This document shows, piece after piece, positions 9,858 through 19,246 of a stretch of DNA of 64,000 nt. Positions within the stretch are counted from its first letter, which is position 1. The number at the start of each line of letters is the position of its first letter. Below the pieces are notes generated by a model that saw only the letters and a list, made by a program, of their open reading frames with translations, had not been told where the DNA came from and did not search any database. This DNA is from Candidatus Margulisiibacteriota bacterium (GTDB lineage Bacteria; Margulisbacteria; WOR-1; O2-12-FULL-45-9; XYB2-FULL-48-7). The translations under genes and the position numbers were made by a program. The DNA lies in contig JBAZZV010000006.1 in assembly GCA_041658645.1 (NCBI GenBank), forward strand, positions 19,486-83,485, written 5' to 3'.

Positions 9858-10778
9858 ATGAACCTATTTTCCGCCTTTTTAGTGATCGCCGGCCTTTGTT
9901 TATTTGAGATCATCTCGAGCATTGATAACGCCATTATCAACGCCGAGGTCCTGACGACGATGGGCCAAAAGGCGCGGCGCTGGTTCCTCTTCTGGGGGAT
10001 CCTGTTCGCGGTTTTCGTGGTCCGCGGTTTTCTTCCCTGGCTGATCGTCTGGGCAGTCAATCCCGCGCTCGGCCCGCTCGGCGCGCTGACCGCCACTTTT
10101 TCCAACGACCCGTCGATCGTGGCAGCGGTGGAAAGCTCGGCCCCGATCCTGTTGGCCGGCGGCGGGATATTCCTGGTCTTTCTTTTCCTCCACTGGCTTT
10201 TTCTGGAGGACAAGAACTTTGGCCTCCCCAGGACGGAGAAGTTCTTCCTTCGCCAGGGGGTCTGGTTCTACGCGGTCGTCTCCGTCCTGCTGACGCTGGT
10301 CGCCTGGTTCGCGCTGCAGCGCGACGCGATGATGGCCTTCGGGGCGATCGTCGGCTCGTCGGCCTTTTTCATCACCCACGGCTTCAAGCAAAACGCCGAG
10401 GAGAACGAAAAGAAGCTGCTGGGCAGCGGTTTTTCGGACATCAGCAAGATCTTCTATCTGGAGATCATTGACGCCACTTTTTCGATCGACGGGGTGCTGG
10501 GGGCGTTCGCCTTCACGATGTCGATCCCGCTGATCCTGATCGGGAACGGCTTGGGCGCCATAGTCGTCCGCCAGTTAACGATCGGCGGCATCGGCCAGAT
10601 CAAGAAATATCTTTATCTGAAAAACGGGGCAATGTACTCGGTCCTGGCGCTCGGAGTGATCATGCTGTCGCGCGCTTTCGGCGTCCACCTGCCGGAATGG
10701 CTCTCCCCGGCCATCACTTTCGGCGTGGTCGGCTTCTTCTTCTACAAATCACAGCTAAATTTGGCCAAAGAAGTATAG
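9858..10778 (+). CDS. DUF475/TerC-like integral membrane protein
   Basis: 306 aa, polytopic, duplicated SIDNAI / SIDGVLGAFA motifs. Confidence 0.55.
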   Translation: MNLFSAFLVIAGLCLFEIISSIDNAIINAEVLTTMGQKARRWFLFWGILFAVFVVRGFLPWLIVWAVNPALGPLGALTATFSNDPSIVAAVESSAPILLAGGGIFLVFLFLHWLFLEDKNFGLPRTEKFFLRQGVWFYAVVSVLLTLVAWFALQRDAMMAFGAIVGSSAFFITHGFKQNAEENEKKLLGSGFSDISKIFYLEIIDATFSIDGVLGAFAFTMSIPLILIGNGLGAIVVRQLTIGGIGQIKKYLYLKNGAMYSVLALGVIMLSRAFGVHLPEWLSPAITFGVVGFFFYKSQLNLAKEV

Positions 10779-10840
10779 TATAATAATTCCGGTCATGACT
10801 TCAGTCCCGAGCTCACTCGGGACACCCAGACCTCACTATT

Positions 10841-11938
10841 ATGTTAGTCCAGATAGATTTTGAGAAAAAGCCGCTGCTCTTCACCTCTCCGCTGGAGGTC
10901 ATCACCTGCCGGGAGCCGGCCAAACTGGCCACAACTTTCACCGCCATGGAGAAAGCCTTGGCCGCGGGTTATTACCTGGCCGGCTTTATCTCCTACGAAG
11001 CCGGCTATGCCTTCGAAACGAAATTAAAAGATAAAGATCATTACGATTTCCCTCTGGTCCAGATGGGCGTTTATCACGCTCCGTCAACAAAGTCGTCAGT
11101 CGCTTGCCGCCTGCCCCGAGCGAAGTCGAGGGGTCTGTCGTCTGTCGTCTCGAATCCTACCCTCAACCTGACCCGGGAAGAATATTACGCCAACATCGGC
11201 CGGATCAAGCATTATCTCGAGATCGGCGATACTTATGAGATCACCTATTGCGTCAAGTTCCGTTTTGAGACGAACGACCAACCGTACGCGCTTTACTCCG
11301 AACTCCTCCGGAAGCAACCGGTCCCCTATCCAGCCTATATTGAGACCGACCGCTATAAGCTCCTTTCGCTCTCACCGGAACTATTTATGAAAAAAGAGGG
11401 GTCCTTCATCACCACCAAACCGATGAAAGGGACTTGGCCGAGGAGCCGCGATCCGTTCGGCGGGCTCCGCCTCCATTTCGACGGGAAGAACCGGGCGGAG
11501 AACGTGATGATCGCCGACCTTCTGCGCAACGACCTGGGGCGGATCGGCTCCAATGTCCGCGCCCCCAAACTTTTCGAGGTCAAACGCTACACGACACTTT
11601 ACCAGATGACCTCAACGGTCACCGCCACTATCCCCACTGATATCCCGCTTTATCAACTCTTCAAGGCGCTCCACCCCTCCGGCTCGGTGACCGGCGCGCC
11701 GAAGATCCGCTCAATGGAGATCATCCGGGAGCTGGAGAACGAAGAGAGAAAAATATATACCGGCGCGATCGGCTATATTACGCCCAATAAAGACCTCTTT
11801 TTCAACGTCCCGATCCGGACGATCTTATTGGAAGGGGAACGCGGAGAAATGGGGGTAGGCGGAGGCATTGTCTGGGACTCGACTCCGGAAGGCGAGTTCG
11901 AGGAGTGCCGGATCAAGTCAAGATTCTTGATGGATTAA
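10841..11938 (+). CDS. Chorismate-binding enzyme, aminodeoxychorismate synthase component I-like (short PabB/TrpE family)
   Basis: 365 aa; C-terminal chorismate-binding signature LSPELF..., TTKPMKGT, GAPK, GAIGY, GGGIV; internal region 11090-11170 shares a motif with 26946-26976. Confidence 0.75.
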   Translation: MLVQIDFEKKPLLFTSPLEVITCREPAKLATTFTAMEKALAAGYYLAGFISYEAGYAFETKLKDKDHYDFPLVQMGVYHAPSTKSSVACRLPRAKSRGLSSVVSNPTLNLTREEYYANIGRIKHYLEIGDTYEITYCVKFRFETNDQPYALYSELLRKQPVPYPAYIETDRYKLLSLSPELFMKKEGSFITTKPMKGTWPRSRDPFGGLRLHFDGKNRAENVMIADLLRNDLGRIGSNVRAPKLFEVKRYTTLYQMTSTVTATIPTDIPLYQLFKALHPSGSVTGAPKIRSMEIIRELENEERKIYTGAIGYITPNKDLFFNVPIRTILLEGERGEMGVGGGIVWDSTPEGEFEECRIKSRFLMD

Positions 11939-13965
11939 AATATTTGAGGCAAAAAATGCGCCGCCCCGATGTGGCCGGCTTCTTCCGCGCTTTCGGCAAT
12001 GTATAAAAGATTTACGCTTATTCCCCGCTTTTTTAATTCCGCTTCCGCCGTCCTGATGATCATTTCCGCCGCCTCTCCCTCAATAATCGAACCCATCAAG
12101 GCTGCATTTTCTATATCGTAATAATTTAAAAGCTCAACGATCGAGGCCGCGGCATATCCGCCGATTTCCTGGTATATCTTTCGGGCATCTTCTCTCCCCT
12201 CGCTACTTGCGCCCGCCAACATTTCTTTTATTTTTACTGGCGCGCTATTTTCATCAAGCTGGTATTTTTGGAGCAAGCCATGCTTGCCGGCCAAATGCAC
12301 GATCCCCCGAAATGACAAGTAATTTCCCATCCGTCCGCGATAATACGGATCCGCTTGCGCCTCATCGGTCATGTTGACCCTGACTTTATTGTAACCGTTA
12401 AAACCCGAGGGAACGGCTCCCGCCTGGTCCACATAACCGGCGCACAGGGTAGTTCCAAAACGCAGCGCTAAAAGGTTATTCTTTCTCAACTTTTTATGTA
12501 AATGCAAAGCCAGCAGGTTCCCATCATTATCGACCAGGCAGGGAATTCCATTGAATTCGGAAGAGATCAATTCCGGCAGCCTGCTCCAGGTATTCATGCT
12601 GTTGGGAGTAAAATCCCTGATCACTCCCAGCGGGATCTTTAGCGGCCTGCCGTCTTTAACCGAAGACGCGACAGAAACTCCAATCGCCTCAATCGAAACT
12701 TGACTAAGACCGACTACCCGCCTGGCATTTTCCAATATCCTGGCGATTAAACCGTCCGCATCGCTCCTCTCGCCGCTCTTTCCCCAAGTCCTCATTTCAA
12801 AGAATTTTCCTACCGGCTCGATTTCACCGGTTGAGCCAATTTTCATGATCGAGATCCTGGTCTTGGTCTGACCGATATTGATGCCCAAAACCGTCCCGGG
12901 CATTCTTATAACTGATTTTTCCCGGTCAGTGACAATGCTTCCCGCCGGATGAGTTTCGATAAAAGAAGAAACATCAAACAGCCCCATCATCTCCTTGATC
13001 GAATAACGCCCTAAACTATTACCGCCGTACTCGTTATATTCTTCGTCAAACCTCGCGGCAACCATTGGCGGCAGATCCCTAAAATCAGATTCTATTTTGA
13101 TCCCGGCGGCGCCGAAACAGACGGCATAATTATTTATTACCGCGGCCAAATAACGCGAAACTATTCTTATGATTTCAGGAGGAGCGACTCTTGGGATTTG
13201 GATCATGAATTTCTTTTCGCTGCCGCCGCCGTTAAAGCTCACCTCTATTGAGCCAAATTGGTCCGGACGGGCCGCGGCAAAATCGGCGATTGCCACAAAT
13301 GCGTCATGCCAATCGGCAATTATCGGCTTTTCGTTTAATTCCAGCATTTTCTGATTTGCCCGGCCAACTGCGGCTGGTCCGGCAGCATCAATTGTTCGCG
13401 GGCTTTCTGCCATCACCGGTACGCCTTCATCCAGCAAACGGGCAATGCTCTCTGCCTTTTCGCCGCCGAAGAATGCCAGTATTTGCCCGACTTTCATCCC
13501 GCCATCGTGGCTCAATTTGACGATCGTTTTTAGAATCTTTACGATTTCGAGTTCTTCGCAGTTATTAAACAATGTGCGCATGATGTAAAGTCCGGTCTGC
13601 TCGAAATGAGCTCTTTCAAGCATTCTGGAGGTATCTTCGGGATATCTTTCCGCGGCCGCCAAAACTATTGGCGCAACGTCTGACGGATAATGAAATGAAG
13701 CAAAAGATACTATGTCGTCAGCAACGAAAACGAATTCCCGTCCACGCCATCTTTTTTCGTGGAAATTTCCCAGGGAATGAAGAACCTCCGCCGCATACTC
13801 CGGCTGCCAACTGGTCAGCCGATGCGCCGCCCTAGAAACATAACTTAATCTTAAATAAGCGGCATCGTCTTTTATTTGCTTATTTAACGCGGCAACCTTA
13901 AGACAGCTCCTCAGATCAGCGGCTGGTCTTGTATTTTTCTCGCCCCAAAGAATATTTGCTCTCAT
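11935..13965 (-). CDS. Large hypothetical protein with C-terminal ROK/BadF-type sugar-kinase-like ATPase domain; lower GC than surroundings
   Basis: 676 aa; C-terminal half with GINIGQTKTRI, GVSVAS, DNDGN motifs of ROK/ASKHA fold; N-terminal ~330 aa unassigned. Confidence 0.5.
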   Translation of the reverse strand: MRANILWGEKNTRPAADLRSCLKVAALNKQIKDDAAYLRLSYVSRAAHRLTSWQPEYAAEVLHSLGNFHEKRWRGREFVFVADDIVSFASFHYPSDVAPIVLAAAERYPEDTSRMLERAHFEQTGLYIMRTLFNNCEELEIVKILKTIVKLSHDGGMKVGQILAFFGGEKAESIARLLDEGVPVMAESPRTIDAAGPAAVGRANQKMLELNEKPIIADWHDAFVAIADFAAARPDQFGSIEVSFNGGGSEKKFMIQIPRVAPPEIIRIVSRYLAAVINNYAVCFGAAGIKIESDFRDLPPMVAARFDEEYNEYGGNSLGRYSIKEMMGLFDVSSFIETHPAGSIVTDREKSVIRMPGTVLGINIGQTKTRISIMKIGSTGEIEPVGKFFEMRTWGKSGERSDADGLIARILENARRVVGLSQVSIEAIGVSVASSVKDGRPLKIPLGVIRDFTPNSMNTWSRLPELISSEFNGIPCLVDNDGNLLALHLHKKLRKNNLLALRFGTTLCAGYVDQAGAVPSGFNGYNKVRVNMTDEAQADPYYRGRMGNYLSFRGIVHLAGKHGLLQKYQLDENSAPVKIKEMLAGASSEGREDARKIYQEIGGYAAASIVELLNYYDIENAALMGSIIEGEAAEMIIRTAEAELKKRGISVNLLYIAESAEEAGHIGAAHFLPQIF

Positions 13966-14123
13966 AAATTAATCACTATGATATATCCCTAATTAACAGG
14001 GAAAATTTCATAGTTATTTTATTTAAGAAAACTGAAAAGCCATTGAGCTTGAAATATCTTGATTTTTTTACAATTGGCCCCCAGTCCCCTGAAATCCCCG
14101 CAATAATTCACGGATAATAGATC

Positions 14124-14741
14124 ATGAAACCCAGCTCAATATCAGAGCCGGCCCCGGCAACGGGGAAACATTATAGATCGAGGATCACTCTGGCCGAACG
14201 AGCGCAGATTGCGGCGCAGGAGCGGACGATCGGTCTGGAGCAAGCGCGGGCGCACTGCAACTTAGCTCGGTTCGAGCTGGGCGGCAACCAATTTCAATTA
14301 TTTCGCAGCGGAGGATTCAACGATCCGGAGCTTGTAGCGCTGGTCGTTTCACATCTAGGTTCTGTATTTAAAGGTTTTTCGATCGGACTTTTTTTTACGG
14401 ACAACGATGGGACCACTTTTGTTCATGCCATGGTCGCGGCGGCCGGAGCTATCCATTCGTCAAGTCTTTATCAACCCGCCAAAACAGCACTCGAACTCTT
14501 CAAGCTCTGTTTCAATATTAAGGAGGGCCGCATGGAAATGAGCCATATAGAATCCAAGATACTGGGCAAAGGCGGCCAGGCTCTGATCGCGCTCTATAAT
14601 ATTGCCCGTGAGTATGGAGCCAAGATCATCAAATATGACGTCCGCGCAGCCAACCGGCCCGCCCAGTGTTTATATGCGAATCTGGGTTTCGGTACCCCCA
14701 ATAGTTGGCGTAACCAATGGATCGTTAAGATCATCCCCTAG
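14124..14741 (+). CDS. Hypothetical protein with C-terminal GNAT acetyltransferase-like region
   Basis: 205 aa; C-terminal ...GAKIIKYDVRAANRPAQCLYANLGF resembles GNAT core; the gene sits exactly between a 33-mer and lipoprotein upstream sequence that are contiguous in the second copy (16277-16320). Confidence 0.45.
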   Translation: MKPSSISEPAPATGKHYRSRITLAERAQIAAQERTIGLEQARAHCNLARFELGGNQFQLFRSGGFNDPELVALVVSHLGSVFKGFSIGLFFTDNDGTTFVHAMVAAAGAIHSSSLYQPAKTALELFKLCFNIKEGRMEMSHIESKILGKGGQALIALYNIAREYGAKIIKYDVRAANRPAQCLYANLGFGTPNSWRNQWIVKIIP

Positions 14742-14803
14742 TCCCCAATCAAAATTACGAATGATGAATGCGGACTGCGGAATAATTCTGTTATAATACG
14801 TCC

Positions 14804-14989
14804 GTGAAAAAGCTCTCGATCTTTTTTAGCCTGATAACGCTACTTTTGATCACTCTCTACGGTTGTGGCCAAAATAGCCAACCCTCAACCGGTCCGATTT
14901 TCACCGACCCCGCGACTAAGATCGCCGAGCTTTCGACCCAGGACTTTACTATTAAGATCTTTTACGAGGCGGTGGCGCTGGAGCCGTAA
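14804..14989 (+). pseudogene. Truncated N-terminal duplicate (61 codons) of the lipoprotein gene at 16376-17113
   Basis: 14742-14990 is ~90 % identical to 16311-16560, including upstream region, GTG start and lipobox LITLYGCGQ; stop after ...ALEP. Confidence 0.7.
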
Positions 14990-15052
14990 AGTGGTATAAT
15001 TACACACGAGCGGTTTTATAGGATCAGGAATTCGCATTACGGGGAGGAAAAA

Positions 15053-15613
15053 ATGAAGATATTGAAATGGTTTCTGATCGTTGTCCTTATCGTCATCGCC
15101 GCCGTGCTCTCTTTTCTCTGGTACCTGGGAGTTTTCAGCACTTTAAAAGTCAGCGAGAGGGAAATGGGCCCCTTCACCATCGCTTATAAGCATTACGTCG
15201 GGGAATATAAGGACACCGGCAAGGTCTTCATGGAAGTCTCTAATGCGATGAAAGATCTCGGCCTGGAGGTTTCTAATAAATCGGACAGCCTCGGCATCTA
15301 TTATGACAACCCGGCCACGGTGGCAAAAGACAAATTGAGAAGCGACTGCGGCATCGTCATTGCGGGCAAAGACCTGGCCAAAGCCCCGGCCCTGCTGAAA
15401 AAGGGCCTCAAAGTGATGACCATTGGGAAAAAGCCCTGCGTGGTGGCCGAATTCCCCATTCGAAACGTGATGTCATTCATGGTCGGCCCGGCCAAAGGCT
15501 ATCCCGCGCTGGCTAAATACGCCGCGCAAAAAAATCATAAAGCAGGCCGGATGTACGAATTCTATGACATGAAGAATAATTTGATCCTCTTCACGCTGGA
15601 GATCGCCAGGTAA
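15053..15613 (+). CDS. Membrane-anchored GyrI-like (effector/small-molecule-binding) domain protein
   Basis: N-terminal TM helix, then GyrI-like pattern incl. GIYYDNPATV...RSDCGIVI. Confidence 0.55.
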   Translation: MKILKWFLIVVLIVIAAVLSFLWYLGVFSTLKVSEREMGPFTIAYKHYVGEYKDTGKVFMEVSNAMKDLGLEVSNKSDSLGIYYDNPATVAKDKLRSDCGIVIAGKDLAKAPALLKKGLKVMTIGKKPCVVAEFPIRNVMSFMVGPAKGYPALAKYAAQKNHKAGRMYEFYDMKNNLILFTLEIAR

Positions 15614-15665
15614 AAAAGGACGGGCCGGTAAAAAAATGCATGCCCGGCCGGAAAACGGCGGCAGA

Positions 15666-16220
15666 TTAAGCTTTAATATTTTCAGCCAGGCGAAAAAAAC
15701 GGCCGAGTGTTCTTTTATCCGCAAAATCGTAACCGTGACTATGATACACAAAGTCGCAGGAAGTCACAACATTCTGCTTTTTGCCGATCAAAGTTGACGT
15801 TAGTTCATACCCGCTCACTGATAATTGAGCACCCAAAATCTTATAGGTGTCATCCAATTCGGTCATGTTCAGCAGCCGAAATTCGCGGCCGGGCTCTCTA
15901 TTCCGCCACCCGATATAAGCCATGGCATCCTCATAATTGATGCAATCCACGGAAGCACCGGCTTTGCCTCTTTTTACAAGAGAAATAAGTGGCCGCGCGT
16001 TGTCCCCCGTGATCTGATAGTCGGACTCTTTGACGAATTTACGGAATTGGCCGACCGTGACTTCGCCTCTCATGACCCTGTATTTTTTCCCCGGGATCTC
16101 GATCATTTCTTCGCAACGAGGGCCCCTGCTACCCCTAACCGGCCCAAGCCCGGCCAGCCGCTGCGCCGGCAATCTTACTCCTGATCTTTTTATTTCCATA
16201 TATATCTTTCTCCTGTTCAT
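15666..16220 (-). CDS. FGE-sulfatase/SUMF1-family-like domain protein (short)
   Basis: YRVMRGEVTVGQFRKF...SVDCINYEDAMAYIGWRN resembles the FGE-sulfatase family fold; only 184 aa, possibly truncated. Confidence 0.4.
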   Translation of the reverse strand: MNRRKIYMEIKRSGVRLPAQRLAGLGPVRGSRGPRCEEMIEIPGKKYRVMRGEVTVGQFRKFVKESDYQITGDNARPLISLVKRGKAGASVDCINYEDAMAYIGWRNREPGREFRLLNMTELDDTYKILGAQLSVSGYELTSTLIGKKQNVVTSCDFVYHSHGYDFADKRTLGRFFRLAENIKA

Positions 16221-16375
16221 ATGTATATTGGAAAATAAATCGGGAGATTTCAGGCAATCTTAGCCAACCGAAAAGTCAGTCCCCTGAAATCCCCGCGATA
16301 ATTCACGGATTAGTCCCCAGTCAAAATTACGAATGATGAATGCGGACGGCGGAATAATTCTGTTATAATACGTCC

Positions 16376-17113
16376 GTGAAAAAGCTTTCGATCTTTTTTA
16401 GTCTGATAACGCTACTTTTGATCACCCTCTACGGCTGTGGCCAACAGAATCAAAGCTCCACCGGCCCGATTTTCACCGACCCCGCGACCAAGCTCGCCGA
16501 ACTGGCCAGCCAGGACTTTACTGTTAAGCTTTTTTACGAGGCGGTGGCGCTGGAGCCGAAGCTGAACCAGGCCGGGGTCCGGGCCAGCATCGGTTTCTGG
16601 TCGCGCTCGCCCAACCGGGACAATCTGGTCGTCCTCCTGAACACGATCAACGCTTACGTCTCAACCGAAACCTATCGGGCGATCTGGGATGAAGGGACGA
16701 CAACCGCTACCGCCCAGCAGTATCCCTCTTACATCACCATGAACAAGGAATACTGGTATGAGCGCGCTTATCCGTTAAGCGACGGGACAGTTTCGATCGA
16801 AGGGGCCCACTACGCCGACCCGCATCCGGTCACGACGCTCGAGGCGGACCTGATCTGGGGAGCTTATTCCCAGCGCTACACCGACACAGCCAAACTGATC
16901 CGGCAGGCGACCGGCATTACGGTCGAATCGTGGTGTTTTGTTCAGGGTGCGCGGGCGCCAAGAATATTCTACGCTTTCGAATTGCCCGAATTAGTCTCGC
17001 TGGAAGCAACCGGGGATGTCTACGTCCATTTCGCTACGACTTATGAAGCCAGTTGGTTAAACGCGAGCCAGTGGATAACAGGGACAACGAATGCCCCGAC
17101 GCCGGAGCCGTAG
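16376..17113 (+). CDS. Lipoprotein of unknown function (full-length copy); GTG start 6 nt after TATAAT
   Basis: MKKLSIFFSLITLLLITLYGCGQ lipobox; TATAAT 16364-16369. Confidence 0.7.
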   Translation: MKKLSIFFSLITLLLITLYGCGQQNQSSTGPIFTDPATKLAELASQDFTVKLFYEAVALEPKLNQAGVRASIGFWSRSPNRDNLVVLLNTINAYVSTETYRAIWDEGTTTATAQQYPSYITMNKEYWYERAYPLSDGTVSIEGAHYADPHPVTTLEADLIWGAYSQRYTDTAKLIRQATGITVESWCFVQGARAPRIFYAFELPELVSLEATGDVYVHFATTYEASWLNASQWITGTTNAPTPEP

Positions 17114-17136
17114 AATAGATGCTTACACTACTTAAA

Positions 17137-17826
17137 TTACTTTCCTGTCGTTTGTAGTGTAAGAATTATTTCTTGCGCCTCTTTCTCACGCATAACCAAA
17201 TGCGCCTTTGACCATTCCAGGGCCGCAATAATGGCCTTCTTCCAGGGTTTAGGCAATTCTTCATAGTAATCAATGATTAGTCGTTTGTCACTCGCCGTTA
17301 GCGCGAGTATCGCATGTTCAAGGTCTTTGCGTTTCTTATCTGTATTCTTTCTTCTGGCCGCGATTAACAGCTTGTGTAGTCCAAAACAAACCATATTCGG
17401 GACCAAAACATCAATGCTCTGTTCTTTTACCCATACCGGATTTTTAAAAAGGATATCAACAAATCGTAAAGGGATCGCCTTAATGCTTAGGTTCCTGACC
17501 TCTTTCGCCCCAACCTCTCCCCGACCCCTTTCCGGAGTCAAGAACTCTACTTTTAGATCTGTCCCCCACATATAGATCGAACCATCTGAATTAAACCCGG
17601 TTTTGAAACCCAATGGGGCCAACAACGCAGCAATATCAATTTTATTTTTGGCTTTATATGGGCTGGGGATAAGAAAATCAATATCTACAGTCCTAAAAGG
17701 ATACGCTTTCACGCCAAAATGTTTCTGATAAAGAAGAAAACACCAGCTACCGATCAACTCGACACCCTCATCCCATAAGCCGTTTTCCTGAAATACTCGC
17801 AATATTTTATGAACAATGCCGATCAT
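17137..17826 (-). CDS. Nucleotidyltransferase-fold protein (AbiEii/GSU2403-like putative toxin)
   Basis: 229 aa; ...FRTVDIDFLIP... NTase-like segment; ATGA overlap with upstream small gene. Confidence 0.5.
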   Translation of the reverse strand: MIGIVHKILRVFQENGLWDEGVELIGSWCFLLYQKHFGVKAYPFRTVDIDFLIPSPYKAKNKIDIAALLAPLGFKTGFNSDGSIYMWGTDLKVEFLTPERGRGEVGAKEVRNLSIKAIPLRFVDILFKNPVWVKEQSIDVLVPNMVCFGLHKLLIAARRKNTDKKRKDLEHAILALTASDKRLIIDYYEELPKPWKKAIIAALEWSKAHLVMREKEAQEIILTLQTTGK

Positions 17827-18128
17827 TTTTGCTTTTTTCTGCCTTTTGTTCTATTTAATATCTTGATCATTTCCTTTGTTTTTTTTAATTCCTTTATCAA
17901 TTTCATCCTTTCGTTTATTTTCTCCTTTATTTCCTCCGGCTCATCCTTTCCCAGGTATTTGTGAACCACTTTCGGCCCTCTCCTGACTTGAAGATAATAA
18001 TAATTCTTTCCGCCGATTTTCCTCTTCTTGACGCTCCCTTTAGGCAGGCGCCCTAAACGGGCGATGATCTTTTTCTCAGTCTGGAGATAATAATCCATGC
18101 TTTCCTTTAAGATATCTTTTAAAACCAT
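17823..18128 (-). CDS. Small basic partner protein of the NTase gene (putative antitoxin/regulator)
   Basis: Start MVLKDIL preceded by AGGAGG; KIGGKNYYYLQVRRG motif; 5' part of the six-frame ORF up to 18248 is probably untranslated. Confidence 0.45.
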   Translation of the reverse strand: MVLKDILKESMDYYLQTEKKIIARLGRLPKGSVKKRKIGGKNYYYLQVRRGPKVVHKYLGKDEPEEIKEKINERMKLIKELKKTKEMIKILNRTKGRKKQK

Positions 18129-18140
18129 CACACGCCTCCT

Positions 18141-18180
18141 TACACTACATTTGTAGATTATATCGGCTTTGTAGTGTAAT
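18141..18180 (-). promoter_or_regulatory. Palindromic operator TTACACTACA...TGTAGTGTAA flanking a TATAAT -10 box upstream of the NTase-partner operon; a second copy of the same inverted repeat lies at 17123-17165 just past the operon stop
   Basis: Minus-strand reading ttacactacaaagccgaTATAATctacaaatgtagtgtaAGGAGGcgtgtgATG. Confidence 0.5.
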
Positions 18181-18263
18181 AGCAAGCGGCTATTCAATCG
18201 GCTGCTTATTGCCCAACAAATATCAAAATATGGTATTTTGTTGGGCAACTAGCGTTAAGCGGT

Positions 18264-18461
18264 TTGCGTTTCGAATCGTGGTGTTTTGTCCAGGGTGCGC
18301 GGGCGCCAAGAATATTCTACGCTTTCGAATTGCCCGAATTAGTCTCGCTGGAAGCAACCGGGGATGTCTACGTCCATTTCGCTACGACTTATGAAGCCAG
18401 TTGGTTAAACGCGAGCCAGTGGATAACAGGGACAACGAATGTTCCGGCTCCGGAACCCTAG
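18264..18461 (+). pseudogene. C-terminal duplicate (65 codons) of lipoprotein gene 16376-17113
   Basis: 18262-18461 ~97 % identical to 16921-17113. Confidence 0.75.
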
Positions 18462-18970
18462 TTTCCGGCCCCCTGTCCCTGACCTCCTTCATTATAAATC
18501 ACTTTTCGATTCCGATTATCCATGAACGAAACCGTAAACGGCGCGTTGAACTTGGTGCGATTGCCGGCTTTATCGGTCATGATAATGTGAAAATTAAACT
18601 TGCCGTCGGACAGGGTCGCGATCGTCCAAGCGACGTTGAGCTTCTTCCCTTTTTTGAGATTGGCGGCAGCTAAGACATCTCCGGTTAGACGCTGCCGGCC
18701 GTTCCCCATCCACGCCTCGACTTCGACGCTGACATCCTCGTCGGCGGAAAACGTCATGACCGGCAAATTAGTGGGGGTCATGACATTTTGAGGGGAAACG
18801 GTGGGCCGGAAGAGAAACCCGGGCGGTTTTTTATCAATAATTTTTTTCTTTAACTTCGTGTTTTTAACCGGTTGTTTGGCGATCTTTTTGACGGCGCCGG
18901 CTACCGGACCGGCTCCTGGCAGGAGCGAGAAGGAAAAAAGAACGATCACCAGGTAGATAATTGATCTCAT
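18458..18970 (-). CDS. Secreted hypothetical protein
   Basis: Start MRSIIYLVIVLFSFSLLPGAGPVAGA (signal peptide); no known domain. Confidence 0.5.
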   Translation of the reverse strand: MRSIIYLVIVLFSFSLLPGAGPVAGAVKKIAKQPVKNTKLKKKIIDKKPPGFLFRPTVSPQNVMTPTNLPVMTFSADEDVSVEVEAWMGNGRQRLTGDVLAAANLKKGKKLNVAWTIATLSDGKFNFHIIMTDKAGNRTKFNAPFTVSFMDNRNRKVIYNEGGQGQGAGN

Positions 18971-19246
18971 GGGCCTAATTGTAGCCCTTTCTGTTGAGGG
19001 AGACAAGTCAAACCCCCAATCCTCGCCCCCAACCGGCTCAAAGCTCCTGACCCACGCCTCCAGCAATCCCGAAACCCTGGCGACCGGATACCCTTTAACG
19101 GTCCTAGCCGGCACAGCCTGGGCCTATCTCCTCCCAATCGTGATAATCGGCATTTTGTTGATGGTCACGTTTAAAGAGCACGGGAAATAGAAGGGAAAGT
19201 AGCCCTAGTATCCGCCTGGACATCAATAGTGAGGTAAAATTCGGGG

